From: Oopsacas minuta
Lineage: Eukaryota; Animalia; Porifera
Direction of reading: 5' to 3'
Assembly (NCBI GenBank): GCA_024704765.1
Contig: JAKMXF010000308.1
Location: 248,001 to 312,000, forward strand
Length of the DNA stretch: 64,000 bases
Each line of letters starts with the position of its first letter. Position 1 is the stretch's first letter. Shown piece by piece: positions 50,216 to 63,889 of this stretch. A program made the position numbers and the translations under genes. The notes under the pieces are model-generated. The model was given only the letters and a program-made list of their open reading frames with translations, was not told where the DNA came from and did not search any database.

Positions 50216-50739
50216 CTTATCCTAACAAACACTAGATAAATCAAAATATTACGATCCACTGTAAGCAGTTATTAGTTTCTAATAAAATTCTAACACAATG
50301 AAAATAAAATTTTGTAAAATTACTATGGGAATTTATGAAAAGAAGTCTCAATTATCAGGTTTTTAGGTAAAACTCGGGCAGGGGCCGATTTCATTTAATG
50401 TTACTTGGAATAACATACCAGAGACTTGTCTTTACAATTTCTATAAACCAAATACTACAGGAAAAATGTGTGATTTTATGACGTCAAAAAGGTGCTAAAA
50501 TCTCGTTTTTGGTGCGGGAATTAGATAAAACGAAGTGGTGTTCCTTTTCATTACGAACGTAAACTCCAGCCGTAATCGCTTAAGTGGCCTATGTAACTAT
50601 TTTGAGTTTTAATGGTTGAATGTCATCCTGCTATAAATTAAACCAATAAAAATACGAGAGAGGCGCGAAAGCGTAAGTAAGCAAAGCTTAATTATATTAA
50701 TTAATAAAGTACCGAACTATTGCAACTACATGTAATAAG

Positions 50740-52048
50740 ATATCCAATTCAGGCTACAAATTGAATTTTTATACAAATTGAATTACAAATTGAGTTTATC
50801 GAATTAATCTCGCGCTATGATCCTATTCTTCGTGAGCACCTCACTAATGTTCAGAATTCACAAGAGAGAGACAAACGCTTTTAAGCACATTACTTTCCTG
50901 ATACCTCTAAAAATGAATTTATCTCGTTATGTGCTAAATCTGTAAGATATCGCTTCTTTGATCAATTACGAGATTCCAAATATTACTCAACCATAGTTGA
51001 CTCGACGCTTGATTCAAGCCACAAAGAGCAGACCACATTTATCCTTCGTTACCTCATGGAAGAAAACGGAATTTTCTCAGTTTATGAAAGATTTTAAAAT
51101 TTGCCGATTATAGTAACAAATCTGGAGCAGATATTGCTTTGCTAATTGAACAAATTCTCCAAGAATACCAAATATCTCTTGCTGATTGTAGGGGACAAGG
51201 CTATGATAACTCAGCAAACATGAGTGGAAGTATAATGGAGTTCAAAAGCATATACTGGACTTAAATTCATTCGCTATATTTTTACAGTGGTTGTCACTCA
51301 TTATATTTGTGTGGAACAGTCTAGACTATATGCTGTAGACATGCTATAACATACTTTGTCGTTATCCAGACGGTGCATAACCTTAGATACTTAATGAATC
51401 GGAACTCGTTACTTCTGCAATGGATATTTCTTCTGAGTTTCCAACCCATCGAAAGGTAGAATCAAAAACTTTTATTGAATCTTCAGCAATGATCAACCAA
51501 AAAGTTAATATCAGGTTCTGCTGAATTTAAGGATGTTCCTTTGATATCATTATGGAATCTGTACTTAGTGGAATTTCATGGTGTATTAAATCTGCTGAGA
51601 ACATAAACACTTTATTTATGTTCTTGTGGCTGTATATGGAGATGAACGAGGATGTATTATCAATAGTTTACTTCATGGATGTTTGTGAGGAGGATCTTGT
51701 AAGTAAAATATTTCATCTGAAGTGCATTCATAAAGCCAACTTTGGAGAAAGATAACTGAATCCACTCGCCTTTTAAACATTATTCACAAACAAAATTTGC
51801 AAGAGATCTTTTGCAACATGTCAGTCGCACTTCGTATTTTTTGCATACTCCTGGGTACAATTGCCTCTGGTGAACGAAGTTTTAGCAAGTTATTATTGAT
51901 TAAAAACTACCTTCGAAATACAATGGGACAGGAAAGGCTGAATGATCTAGCAGTACTTAGTATAGAGAGCGACCTGGCAAGAAATGTTGACTTTAGCTCT
52001 ATTATTGATGAATTTGCTAGAGAGAAAGCCAGAAAAGCATATTTTTGA
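50740..52048 (+). pseudogene. ZMYM1-type hAT transposase remnant (internally deleted)
   Basis: ELISRYDPILREHL, YYSTIVDSTLDSSHKEQ...ILRY, CRGQGYDNSANM, and the dimerisation end ASGERSFSKL.LIKNYLR.TM.QERL..LA.LSIE. Confidence 0.85.
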
Positions 52049-52064
52049 AGATTTTTATGCATAC

Positions 52065-52083
52065 TAATAATAATAATAATAAC

Positions 52084-52155
<72 letters not shown>
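52065..52155. repeat. (TAA)n microsatellite, about 30 units
   Basis: Read directly; one CAA interruption. It explains the poly-Ile ORF 51907-52191. Confidence 0.98.
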
Positions 52156-52156
<1 letters not shown>

Positions 52157-52462
52157 TACAGATAAGTATAATTTGTTAACATATTCGACAAGTTAGGGCG
52201 GGGATTGAACGCCTTAGATAATCTATTTGTATATTAATTAGGCCCGATAAAATATTAAAACCTTAGTAAGAAAATCAAAAATATCTAGACATGTTCTCGG
52301 GCCTTCACTCGAATTAAAGGGAGACCCTAAAATGATTGTCTCGAGGGCCCGGAAGAGTTGTGAAAAGCTGTTCAGCGGCACCAAACACAAGATGAGAGAG
52401 AGTTTGAGTCCAAAGTATGTTGAAAATTTCCATCAATGCAAGCAATCCCAGTGCCTTTGCAG

Positions 52463-54996
52463 CAGAGCTGCAAATGGGTCACATGAAGTGACCCATGACC
52501 CATGTGACCCATCGAAGTAGTGACCCATGACCCATTGACCCATGGGTCATGACCCATTTATTATTTTCTGACCCATTCTGACCCATTATGTATTTCATTA
52601 TTAGGAACAAGTATAATGTAAGTATTTAATCTAACACAATAATTAAATTAAGTTGTTTTTATATCCTTCCAACACAACAGAGACAGCTTCGATAGTTTCT
52701 GGCAACATTGCATTCCGCTGAGATGTTACAATATGCCGAGCGTTAAAGGCACTAAAGTGTCTCTCGCTTTCGGATGAGGATGCCTGAATTACCAATAGTC
52801 TCATGACAATTATTGATAATAATGGAAACCTAAGTTTATTCTGCTTCCACCAATCAAGGAGATTAAAATTCTCCCGTTTCGGAACAGTTTCTTGAATGTA
52901 CATTTGCAATTCTTCATTAAATTGTAAATCAATGTCTGTAATTTGATTTGTTGTTGTTGATGTCGTGGTCTCATTGATTTGAAACCAACTGAATGGATCA
53001 TATTTAACCTTCTTTTGAGGTTGCATATCAAGGTTAGATTGATCCAACTCAAAGTTGGTAATGGCAACATCCTCGATATTAACACTTTCATTAGTTTGAT
53101 CCACCTCTTTTGCTAGAATAAGAAGAGATTCCTTGATCTGTCTAAAGAAACCCTCCCGATCAACTTTTGATCTTACGAACGTAAATGATCTCAACGATGG
53201 ATCAAGAAACGTAGCACTGAGATGAAGCATCCCAATACTGTCCCACAACTTCTCTGTCAATACCGGAAGAAATTCTGCCTTCAGAACTTGCTGTATTTCA
53301 GAATCTTCTTCTTTTATTTGCCAAAGTTCGTCCAGCGTGTAGTATACTGGGACGACATTTTGAAGGGTCGGTTTATTGGCATATTCTAGCAAGTCAAATA
53401 AATCAGAAAAACCAGATAGAAACTCAACAACTTCCCTTAACAAATCGATATCGAAATGATAAATTAAATTCTCTCGTTTTCGCTTTCGAATTTCTATGAC
53501 TAAAGTCTCCCTACTCACTAGAATAGAAAAAAACATAGAATGTAAACTCCTCCATGGGCGTGTTTCACTTCCGTGTTTTAGTGTTGTAGGAAGTTCTGAT
53601 TGAATTCCACACGCTTGATTAACAAATTTTACCAAAGTATGAGCAGACTGATCAAGGAGCTTCAGCTCAGGATTTGAGTCCATAGCTTGTTTCCATGCAA
53701 TGTCAATTACGGTATTTATACGATGACATGCGCAATCAACATGGGTTTTAGCAAGAGTAGCGCATATGAAATTTGATCCTTTATCAGTAGTACATGGCGT
53801 GTCCACAAGAGAGATTTTCATCAATCACTTTTTCTATATTGACGGCAGTATGCTTTTCAGGAAAATAGGAACATCGATACATTGAATTATTCAGGGTCCA
53901 CGAACTATCTATCCAGAACACGGTAAAATCGAGATAAGAATTGTGGTTTATGTTATCTGTCGCCAAATCTGTAGTAAACGTCACCATTTTGTTCAAAGAA
54001 CATTCCGCAATTGATTTCTTTATTTTCTCTTGACACTCAGTCATCTTCTCAAATGTAGACTTTTTGACCGTTTCTCTACCAAAAAGCACGTCATTAACAT
54101 CAAGATTTCCGTACATGCTTCCAATTTGGATCATTTTCTGAGCAAATAATCTCAACCCGGGATTATCAACAAACATAAATGAAGTACCACCTTGAACAAC
54201 CATACGGACCTCCGCATCCTTCACTCGCTTCCCTTCTTCTCTCGTGAAGTGCTTTCCTGGGGTTTTCTTGAAAAAACTTGCTACAGAAGATTGAGTTTCC
54301 CCTTTGGGGGAGCAGGTTTTGCAATGGTCCGCGAGATTTTTAGTTCCATATAATCTAACAGAGCCATCAGTTTGTTTTGCTTTGAATTTTAGACATATGA
54401 AGCAATCTTTACAGGCTGACCAACCAAATAGTAATTCATTAGTTGCTTTGATTTTTATCAATCGGAATTTCTTCCACACATCTGCTTTGCACTTTGGGTC
54501 GTCGTTGTTGCATAAGAACATATCACCATGGTGGAGAGCAGCCCTTACATCTTCACAGTTGTTAGACATTTACGACAGTAAGTAGATCTCAGAGGAATAT
54601 ATAAATGAAAACTGTCAGTCTAGATATATATTTATACTTGAAGATTTCTGTCTATTTGAATTGCAATCCTAAGATTCCGGTAATATTGTACATAGTAGGT
54701 TTGCCGATAAGATTAAGACACGAAAACTTAATTGATGATTGCAGTTACTACACCTGAAGACATAATATGACTCTCACTTGTAGTATTCCAAACATTTAGA
54801 TAATGACCACCTCTATTAACTCTATTTAGAAGGTTTTCTAATTGACAAATAACTCTTTTAAGCCTACATAGTATATAAATAAAATTTTGATGGGTCATGA
54901 CCCATTAACGCATGACCCATGACCCACTGACCCATCTTAAAAAAGTGACCCATCTGACCCATTGACCCATGGGTCAGTGACCCATTTGCAGCTCTG
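52463..54996 (-). mobile_element. Full-length Hermes/hobo-like (Ac-group) hAT, 2534 bp
   Basis: TIRs CAGAGCTGCAAATGGGTCA; perfect 8-bp TSD CTTTGCAG (52455-52462, 54997-55004); TGACCCA subterminal arrays at both ends. Confidence 0.96.
52643..54569 (-). CDS. Hermes-like hAT transposase with a single frameshift at about 53815
   Basis: BED finger (VWKKF...ACKDC...L.DH...C), FTTDLATD, TTDKGSN, CACHRIN, RPW.S, QASSSESERHFS. Two long ORFs (261 + 393 aa) overlap at 53784-53824. Confidence 0.9.
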
Positions 54997-55080
54997 CTTT
55001 GCAGAGGATTCGCCACAGGAACTTTCCCCCATTTGTCTCAATTCCTTGCACAAAACATTGTATTTTCTTAGAAATAAATT

Positions 55081-55700
55081 TCAGGGTTGGAAAAAATCTA
55101 AATTTAGGATTTATTTTATTTAAATCAGATTTTTATATATTTTATATTTATCAACATTTAGTCCTGTTTATTTTTATCTAGTCATAATAACATAGAATTC
55201 TAGAATTACTTTCACAATATATGTATAATAGGATGTTTGTCAATGATGAAAACGAAAACTAAAATATGTATTAATGAAGAAAAGTGAAAACTAGACAATC
55301 TATTAATGAAGAACTGGCAGAGATTATTTGTGGGAATTCAGCAGCTTGTATATAAATACTAATTTTTCTGTTTCAGCAATTTGTAACCTATTTCTAACTT
55401 TTGAATACACAAGACCAAATGTTGAGAATATTCTCTCTATCTCAGCACTTGTCTCCAAGTATTTGGCGACAGAGTGTAATCATAGTATTACTGTCGAGAT
55501 GACTGCTCTGACCTTGTGCCGATTGGGAAGACGATATCCAGGACTAAGTATTGACATAAGTTTCAAAAATTCGGGATATTCAACAATGGAAAAAGGTGAA
55601 TTGGTAGCACAGACAAAGCGAGCTATTTGGAGATCAATGGAAACATTTTCAGTTGTTGATGTCTGTATAACATAGTTAGTAATATTTGACTTTTTCTGTT
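55081..55700 (-). mobile_element. Internally deleted hAT derivative (ZBED/DUF659-like)
   Basis: Minus-strand text IDLQIARFVCATNSPFSIVEYPEFLKLMSILSPGYRLPNR is joined almost directly to SAEIERIFSTFGLVYSKVRNRL...EKLVFIY; hAT-like end CAGGGTTGGAAAAAATC at about 55082. The other end was not found. Confidence 0.7.
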
Positions 55701-57778
55701 TCTTTGTTTTGGGGTTAAACTAATATCCTTCCCACACTTCTTGCATGTTGCACGGCATCCAGCATTACCAGCTACTCTTTTAGTTTCAAAATACTGCCAT
55801 ATAGAGTCACTCTTTCGTCCAGATATAATGCGAGATTTACGATATATTATTAATATGAATAATAGGGCCAGCCTTAGTTTTTGGATTGGCTAGCAACTCC
55901 ATTGAGACGCCCAGACATATTTGATGCTCTCTAATATGCTTGTCCTCTACATTGAGCCAGCCGGAGGTTACTTCGAATGAGAACATCTTTTAGAGTATTT
56001 GTCAGGGTTACAGCATCGGTCTGCTCAACTGACACGAATGCATTCACGTCTTCATTAACAACATATTCAGTATCAACCCATCGGAGGGAAACTGAAAATT
56101 CTTCTACCCCACTGACATCTTGCAAATTCATCAGCAATTAATGCAAACCATTCAGCTCTAATTCTATCCAGTAGCTCACAAAGAATCTGGTGAGCACTAA
56201 TCTCCAATACTTCATTAACAATATCGTGTGATATGTAACGCCCATCACGTATCCATGACTCAAGTCCTTGAATATCGCCTGCTCGGCACTTTAGCAATAG
56301 CACGAAGTTACCTTCTTCTTCTATGTGACCTCTAAAGCCTAGTCCTTGACGAGCGAAGTATCTTATCGATGATAATTCTTTCATAAGCATGAACTCTTCA
56401 ATACCTCTGTTCATTGGCTATTTCGGTCGAAAGTCTAACAGCGACAGATGGGTATCGCAAAGGCGTTAGTTGCATTAAGGCCTCATTGTATAATTGACAG
56501 AGCTCATGTTCCTTGAACCGCTTCTTCGCTTTCTTTCAGTTGTCCCAACCCGTATTTAGAAATGCGTTCTTTCCATTTTTGTTAAACTTCAAAAACCTTC
56601 TGGATGATGCTTCACGACACACAAAAACAAAACACTTTTTTCGTGTCACAGAAGGTAAGTCGTTCATGGTAATCAGACCACACCATCTGGAAGCCTCGAT
56701 ATTGTTTGCCTTGCTTGCGTTTCGTCCTTATCAAATAACACTTACGGTGAAAAGGTTGACTTAAAAGATAATCACAACACTCAGAAGAGGACCCTTCTGT
56801 CAATGTATCCTGTAATTCTTTAAGCACACTAGAATGACTACTGCTTTCTACATCCGAATCCATGTCCAAGTTATCAAGGGTAGTATCTGAAAAAGAGTGA
56901 TCTTGTGAAATTCCGTCGCTTTGTTTGAGAATTGCTTTGCCAATGAAGGTCATAATCTTGCATTGATTGGACATATTACATGAGACTATAAAATACAATA
57001 GTTAGTGAAAGTATCATTTGGGTCAGAATTATCAAAATACGCCTTTCGTAATATACATGAGATGTTTGCCAAGATAAGCTTCAAGAGGGTTAAGCCCCCT
57101 TGAAGGTATGTTCAGGGGGCTACAGCCCCCGTAGCCACCATGGTTCCGCTGCCTATGTTTACAGCACTGCCCAGCTGGATGGTTATGCCCAACCTCCTGC
57201 TAAACGCGTGAAACACCTTGCCCCTCGTCCTACCGCCCTGATTCTACGTGCTCCTCCTGGAAAATTCTTTGACCTCCCCTTGGGCAAAAAATCCTGGTGA
57301 CGTCCTTGCCTACACCTGGCTTCATTCTTCAAAGGGAGATTTGCAAGATTCAGAATTCAATATTGATAATTAATCTAATTATTCTAAATACGAGCGGGCT
57401 TCGCTTGCTCACGCAACGCTGTTGCGAACGCTTCGTATCGGCACTCGGGTCTACGGCCCTCGAGTACAGAAACTCATAATCTTAACGAACAAACATGACA
57501 CGGCCATGATCTTTATATGTGCTTACTTTATGTCCCAAAAGTGAACAAATATTTATGAAATTATGTTTCCAATATTATATTTAGACTCAGCATATTCGGT
57601 TACCCAAGTATAGCCAGGGCCGGATTAATCATATTGCGGGCCCTGTGCGTTACCTTCCGTTCGAGCCTTTCCTTGACAACGGACAAACACACCATCTTAG
57701 CCGGAGAACGGATCTTAATCTTCCATATTGTCTAGCCCTCAAATACATTGATTTGAGATAATACTTTATATTAACATG

Positions 57779-59649
57779 TTAATCTGCTCCCAGACTGAAA
57801 TGATGTGCTACACCCTGCAAGAACTCCATTTTAGAACGATCTTGAGAATAATATTCACGAACTAGAGTCTTCAACGCTTCCTCACTCTGTTGGGACCGCC
57901 TTCGCTTGGTTGGTGGCTTGCCAACGAGGTAGTTAGTATGCCGCACCTCCACTAGGCCCTGCTCCTGCTTGAGGGCGAGGATAAACTTCCATATGGTGGG
58001 GTGATGGCAGCCGACAGTGGCATTGAAGCCGCGGTGCCATGCCTCTACGGCGTTGGTTGTACAGGGGAGTCCGAAGGGCGTGCTGAAGTGGTAGTTCCCC
58101 AGGTCAATGGGGAACGTCGCGGCTATATGGTACCCGCTGGGTAGTGTGCGTCGTATATACGTCCTCTCGAAGTAGTCGAGTAGATCGGCTATCTCAGGTG
58201 TAAGGGAGGTCCATCGACACTTGCTCAAACAGATCGGGGACGTCTACTGGTAGGGCGAACGCAAGGGCTGGTATCTTCCGGATGCGCATAGCCAGCTCTT
58301 TGTCATGTGCGTAGTCAGACTGCAACCCTACAGCCTGCACATGTCGCCAGATATTCTGTGTGAAGTGGAAGAAGCAGCACTTCACCACTGTGTTAGGCCA
58401 GACATGCTCAAAGCTGTTAATTCCGCCCTTCTCAAAGTCTAGGAGTATCTGTTCAGGCTGGGCAAGAGGACAGAGTAGGTGGATCTGCTCCCACATCCTA
58501 CGGTGGGTATCCTCTGTCTTGTTGGGCAGTAGTACGAACAGGCTCGGCAACAGATGACCGGTCTTCATAGGGTCATCTCCTTCACGGAGTCCATGCACCA
58601 CATACGCCTGGGCGAAGAGGGGAGGTGCCGTCTTGAAGATACCGTCAGCTAGCCTGATCTTGCTTTTCCGCAGCATCCTGAGGTTGCGTTGTGTCCGAAG
58701 ATGTGGAATCTATGTGCATCGTCTTCCCCAGAGTCATAGAATAGGAACTGTTTCCCCCTTGGCTGTCCACTGCTATCCTGCAGGTAGAACCAACTCTACT
58801 AGGGCGGTAGGCTCTACTGGAGCTGATAGTACACTTAAACGTTGGCGTTGTATCGTCCGCTTCAGGCTGTTCAGTTTGAGTAGTTCAGCAGTAGTGCCCC
58901 TTGATACTGTCTGCAAACTCTCGCCCATTATGTGGTGTGCACTATCCTGGACTCTCGTGTTTTCCTCTTCATGCCTGCTTTCGCTTCACAACAGTCCGCT
59001 GCCTGCTCGTCAGGCCCATGGGAGTGCTCATTCGTGCGCTTGACTATCACCATCCCTTTGGTATGAACTCTAGCTTTGCAGACCCCTCTTTGCTCACACA
59101 ATCAATGCGTCACATCTCCAACTCTCCTCTGCACTCCAAATAAATATCCATCCTCCAACAGCTTGTCTCCTCCTCTTTGTGACTTGATCAGCCTAAAGGT
59201 CGGCTGATCAAGAGGTTCCGCCATTGTAAAGTTATAATTTCAAAGATATATTGCGATGATTGTTAATGAGAAAACGAATCTGGGTTAGAACTAGATCATT
59301 TTCTATTTATGTCCGAGGATTGCAAATATCACAGGTGATCACACCCTGTTTGCTACATTCCTCTTTACCAAATATAGTCCTAAGAGTATTTACTTCGTGT
59401 GTTTACTTAATACTTACTATAACAATCTTTGGAATTCATATCATTAAATGGATTCATGGAATCATGTCATCTAAAATTAGAATTATCTATCCAATTAAGA
59501 CTTTCCGTGTGCAGAAATAATTATTAGAAAATTGATTATTAACGTGTACTTAGATTAAATTAATTAACAAATATCATATTAAATTGACCAATTAAATTAG
59601 GTGCGAATTGTCGGTGGTGCGAATTGTCCGGTGCGAATTGTCGGTATCC
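57779..59649 (-). mobile_element. Decayed FLYWCH-MULE, second family; one TIR at about 59595-59649, the other missing
   Basis: ATG 59224 MAEPLDQPTFRLIKS...GDVTH*LCE...CKARVHT...NEHSH; LADGIFK, LDFEK, CCFFHFTQ, TTNAVEAWH. TIR GGATACCGACAATTCGCACC with tandem subrepeats, similar in start to the 22195 MULE TIR. Confidence 0.88.
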
Positions 59650-61534
59650 GATTTTGGTACTCGAACGGGGTGGTTCAAACTTTAAGTAACACTTAATGGC
59701 TGAATTGGGTTTTCAACTGGCAAGTATTCTAATTTCTCCATTTTGTAGGAGAATTGGGTAGGGGTATAACTTGTAACACTTCATGCCACCCTAGCTTTAG
59801 AAGTACTTCTAAAGATAGGGTGGTATGAAGTTCATTTAACCATGACCTAAGTAAGATCACGATTTAACTTATAATTATGTGACAGTTTAATGAACAAAAT
59901 ATCTGTTACAGATATCATTCCGATCTATCACAGCAAGGCCAATATTTAAAGGTGGTGGGCAAGTTTACTTAACCAAAACGCTACCTATCCAGAGATTAAA
60001 TTATCACCCAGATTACCCGATAAAGGTGTTGGCCCGATTAACCGGTGGCTCTATTAAGTGGAGTCTACCGTATTATTAAAGGAATTTAAGTAGCAATTTC
60101 GAGTTAGGCCAGCTCAATGTGGGGAAATATAAGAAAGATTTTCCATTAGAAGAATGTACTTCAAATATGTATTAGGATAAATCCGGAATGGTACATTTAT
60201 ATTTGTCTAAGTGTGTGGATAATTCTTTGGTCACAGATTGTGCAATCTATACTTTACTACTTGTATAGTTGAAAATTTCAACATATGCAAGTAAGCTACT
60301 CTTCGTTACGCTACGCGATTGCAGACACTTGGTGTCCGCTATAGGTACCCTTTGGGCGCCTAGGTTCCTAATCAACCGATAATTTGTGTTATGTATTACT
60401 AAGTACTTATGTATGTTTTGAAAGTCACTCGCTAAGTCGAATATTCACGATATGTCATTCACAACATCACATTCGAACACTCGATTACCTCTTTAGCCGT
60501 TAAAAATATACAAACTTTTTGACATTTCTTTACTTTATGTACATAAATAACAACAAATATAGATCATACGATGTTAAAAATCATATTCGGACTCAGCATA
60601 CTCGATTACCCCATTATAGCCTTTAGAAGTATAATCAAAGACCTTTTAAATTTTTGTATTATTTTCCTTATGTATGTACCATAAAAACAAACAAATATGA
60701 ACTATGTGCGAACGTGTGAATATTTTAATTAGATATTTAAACATGTTTCTAGAAACGTAATTCCCCCCCCATACCGAATTTCATGTCTGTATCTCTAGCC
60801 AGTTCCTCAATCAATTCGGACAAACAAAAAATGATAGGTTTATATATATAAGATATACCCAGAGAGAATGTGATGAGATAATCGAAGGGTTAAAAAATAT
60901 ATTACAAATTAACCCAATAAAAACATCATCCGCCATTCTAGTTTTCGAAGAAATTCAGGATGAAAAACACGTAATATTTTTACATGGCCTAACAGGGAAA
61001 TAAAAAAATACTGGATTGGTTTCATCCATTCCCTTAGTCAAATTTACCCCTCGAAATATGCGGCCCTATGCCTTTATCCGGCCCTGGTTCTAGGAAGGGA
61101 TATGGGGCTAGGTTGCGCTGTTAGGCTATAATAGAACCATGGGAAACTCTTGGAGTATGACATCGATTTAGCTTGTAACCAATTGCCCTCTCAACTCTAT
61201 GTTCGGGCCGCTCGGAGGACTTTTGGTGGGGGCAAGTCACTAATACCGTGGACTCTCGTTGTAAACAAATCGGATATTAGTCATATAACAGAATTCCACC
61301 ATAAAAGAAGTGATTAATATAACTTTTAACTGCAATTATATCTTATTCTGCTATAATGAATTCAGCTTTTAACGAAATGGAAGCCGGGAATTAGTAGTTT
61401 ACAATAGTAGTTAGTTACGCCACAGTTATGACTTGTGATCAATTTCATTATCTTACTTATACTCTAAAGTGAAATAAGTGGCAAATCAATTGACCTATCT
61501 AATTAGGTGCGAATTGTCGAAATTCCACTCGTAT

Positions 61535-61830
61535 ACATATGTTCGGAATTGATTGAAGAAACTGGAAGACCCCAGGGCTGATTTTTCGCATATAGGAATA
61601 TTTTGAGCCTGGCTCGGACTAGTTCGAGTCTTGGGCGAAAATTCATACCTATGACGAAATTTTAACGTAATCGTCACCTTTGGGATTTTCGAAAAATCAC
61701 ATTATTAGCCACTGCTCAGCCAATATAAGTGATGAATGGTTGAAATTTGAATCATAGGTGCCCTTTAATGTGCAAAATGTTCTAAAGTCATGATTTTGAC
61801 CAAAGACTAACTCATCATTGGATTATTACG
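61535..61830 (+). repeat. Helitron-like dispersed repeat, family 2
   Basis: GAATTGATTGAAGAAACTGGAAGACCCCAGGGCTGATTTT...TTGAAATTTGAATCA matches 37205-37490. Confidence 0.7.
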
Positions 61831-63319
61831 TCATCTTGACAGTACAAAAAACAGTCAAGATGACGTAAATTATCCCGATATTTGATATGTTGCTAATAAG
61901 CGAATTCCACTGTAATTGGAAAGGAACATTAGCAAGATCATGATGAGAGTGAATTTGGCTGCGAAAAATCGAGCACATTTTAGCACGTCATAATAATGCA
62001 GCCAATGCATGTAGAGAGATGCCATTTGGACCATATCAATACTAGCCTGTATTCCTCTCGTCTAAGCCGATAAAGTAGTATTTATCATATTCACAAGTCG
62101 TTTGTCTCAGTTTTGGACCATCTTTAGTGTGATACACCATTTATCTGCAGTGATTTGCTCGAATTCGAATAACAACTTACTGTACTTAATTCGATTGAAT
62201 TGCTCAGAAAAAGAGGGGATAGGATTAATACCTTGAAAACTTAGGTCCATAATTTCCATCGTTTTTCATCACCAATTTTAACAAGATCAGCATTGTTTAC
62301 CTACACACGCTTGATAACGAAGAAGAAGTTAGCGGCCAATTCAAATTAAAAAAACGTGTTCACTTCAATCGTTTATTTGACCGACTCTCCGTATAGCTAG
62401 AGAAAAATACTTTTATTCGAAATTATAGCGTTGATGAATTACGAAAATGTCGTCAGAATTGTCAATATGTGTGATGACTTACCATTGAGGTTTTGAAAAT
62501 TTTTCCAACCATGTCAACTACAATGTGTTATTTGACCGGCTTCTCATTATTATTTTGATACAAATTTTCTTCTACACACTATTGAGGGCTGGTGGATTAT
62601 GTGTTTAAAATTTCTTTTAAAAGTATTCATTACTTTTTGAAATATTATATTTTGAAAAATTCAACGAAGAAGTTAGACTAGGGTCACTTCAGTCACTAAT
62701 TTGACTCACTTATACTCATCAGATTTAAACGAAATTAATATCATTGGAAAGAGGAGAGTTGAACGTTTTATGCAATATGTTTTGATTTTACAAACATTTA
62801 CTTTTAGTTACTTTTTTTAGTTTAAATTTTAGTGTCACGACTCCCTTGAATTTACCCACCTAAAAGTCAGAATTCGATTCTGAAATTATATATGCATACT
62901 TTAGTGATATGGACGTTTATGAAAATTAAATTTCATTAGAAAATATTAACAACTCGCGGAGCTAGAGGAATTCAAATTTTAAGTCGGGAGTGAGAGTGGT
63001 AGGTGATTAATCATATTCTACATAAAGTAAGATCTGTTCAAACTCATGTTTCTTATCCTAAATCCGAAAGAATTTCAATTATTTTAATGCTAATCGATGG
63101 TTGAGATATAGACGTTTATAACAATATCGATATTTTTCGTGAAACACTACAAATTATCACCAGCAACGGCCTGCAAAAATCGATAAATTCTCAGGTTTTT
63201 GTGTATTACGAATTCTAACTTCGAGATCAGTTATTTCTCATCGCAACCCCTTCAAAATTTATAGACACCTTCTTTCGTAACTTATAATTCATTTTCCATA
63301 AAAAACAGGGGGTTGCTAG

Positions 63320-63889
63320 CAGAGGTGTCGATCGCATAATTTATTGGAGGGGGAAAAATATTTTTAATTAATACGAAATTATAGCTAAGAACTGTTAAAT
63401 AATTTCAATAATAGACAATACCTTTTTGCATTATCATACTTCTGAACAGATGATTCTGTAGTAATTTATATTACGAAATATAGGTATTGTAGAGTGAAGG
63501 CTATGAAGCCAATTGTGCTAAGAAACCAAACGAGAGCACTTTAGAATGAACCAATACAAAATAATCACTCAGATATTAAATACTAAAACTCTCTAGCGAA
63601 CAAATGTAATTAATAATACAAAATTGGTGCTCTATATAAATTGAAGAAAGCTGGACAATTAGTTGTATGCCTTTGAAATTCAAATACATACAAAGCCAAA
63701 TTGTTGGCAATAATTGTATAACTCCAATATAATACAACTTGTAGGGAGTTGTAGTATTAATCAATAATATAAATGATGAAAAAGTTAATAATGATAAATA
63801 ATATTGGGGGCGCGAAAAGACACTCTCGCCCCCCAAAATAAATATTAGGGGGGCAAGAGCCCCCTTGCCCCCCAAGATCGACGCCTCTG
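63320..63889. mobile_element. hAT MITE, 570 bp
   Basis: TIRs CAGAGGTGTCGATC / GATCGACGCCTCTG; perfect 8-bp TSD GTTGCTAG (63312-63319, 63890-63897). Confidence 0.92.

Larger units (their letters stand above)
52320..57157 (-). mobile_element. ZMYM1-type hAT remnant interrupted by two other hATs
   Basis: 5' end CATAGGCAGCGGAACC at 57157; TTF-zinc-finger-like R.FQ..W...VFCF.C, LARQG..FRGH-like text, WFALIADE, DVSG.E..S..LRWV, CRGQAY.GASNM (55.9-57.0 kb). The frame resumes GESSAK|ALGLL..ME.F across the Hermes-like insertion into 52462-52330. Confidence 0.8.

Noticed and set aside
51907-52191. Poly-isoleucine ORF
   Set aside because: It is a translation of the (TAA)n microsatellite.
57100-57300. 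ORF with a PPAKRVK NLS-like motif suggesting a viral capsid end
   Set aside because: It spans a hAT terminus and a GC-rich MITE end, and there is no other viral hallmark.
63576-63875. 99-aa hydrophobic ORF
   Set aside because: It lies inside the 570-bp hAT MITE and is spurious.
2581-63875. Remaining 60-100-aa ORFs in the track
   Set aside because: They lack motifs, many start at non-ATG codons, and most overlap repeats or are antisense to transposases.
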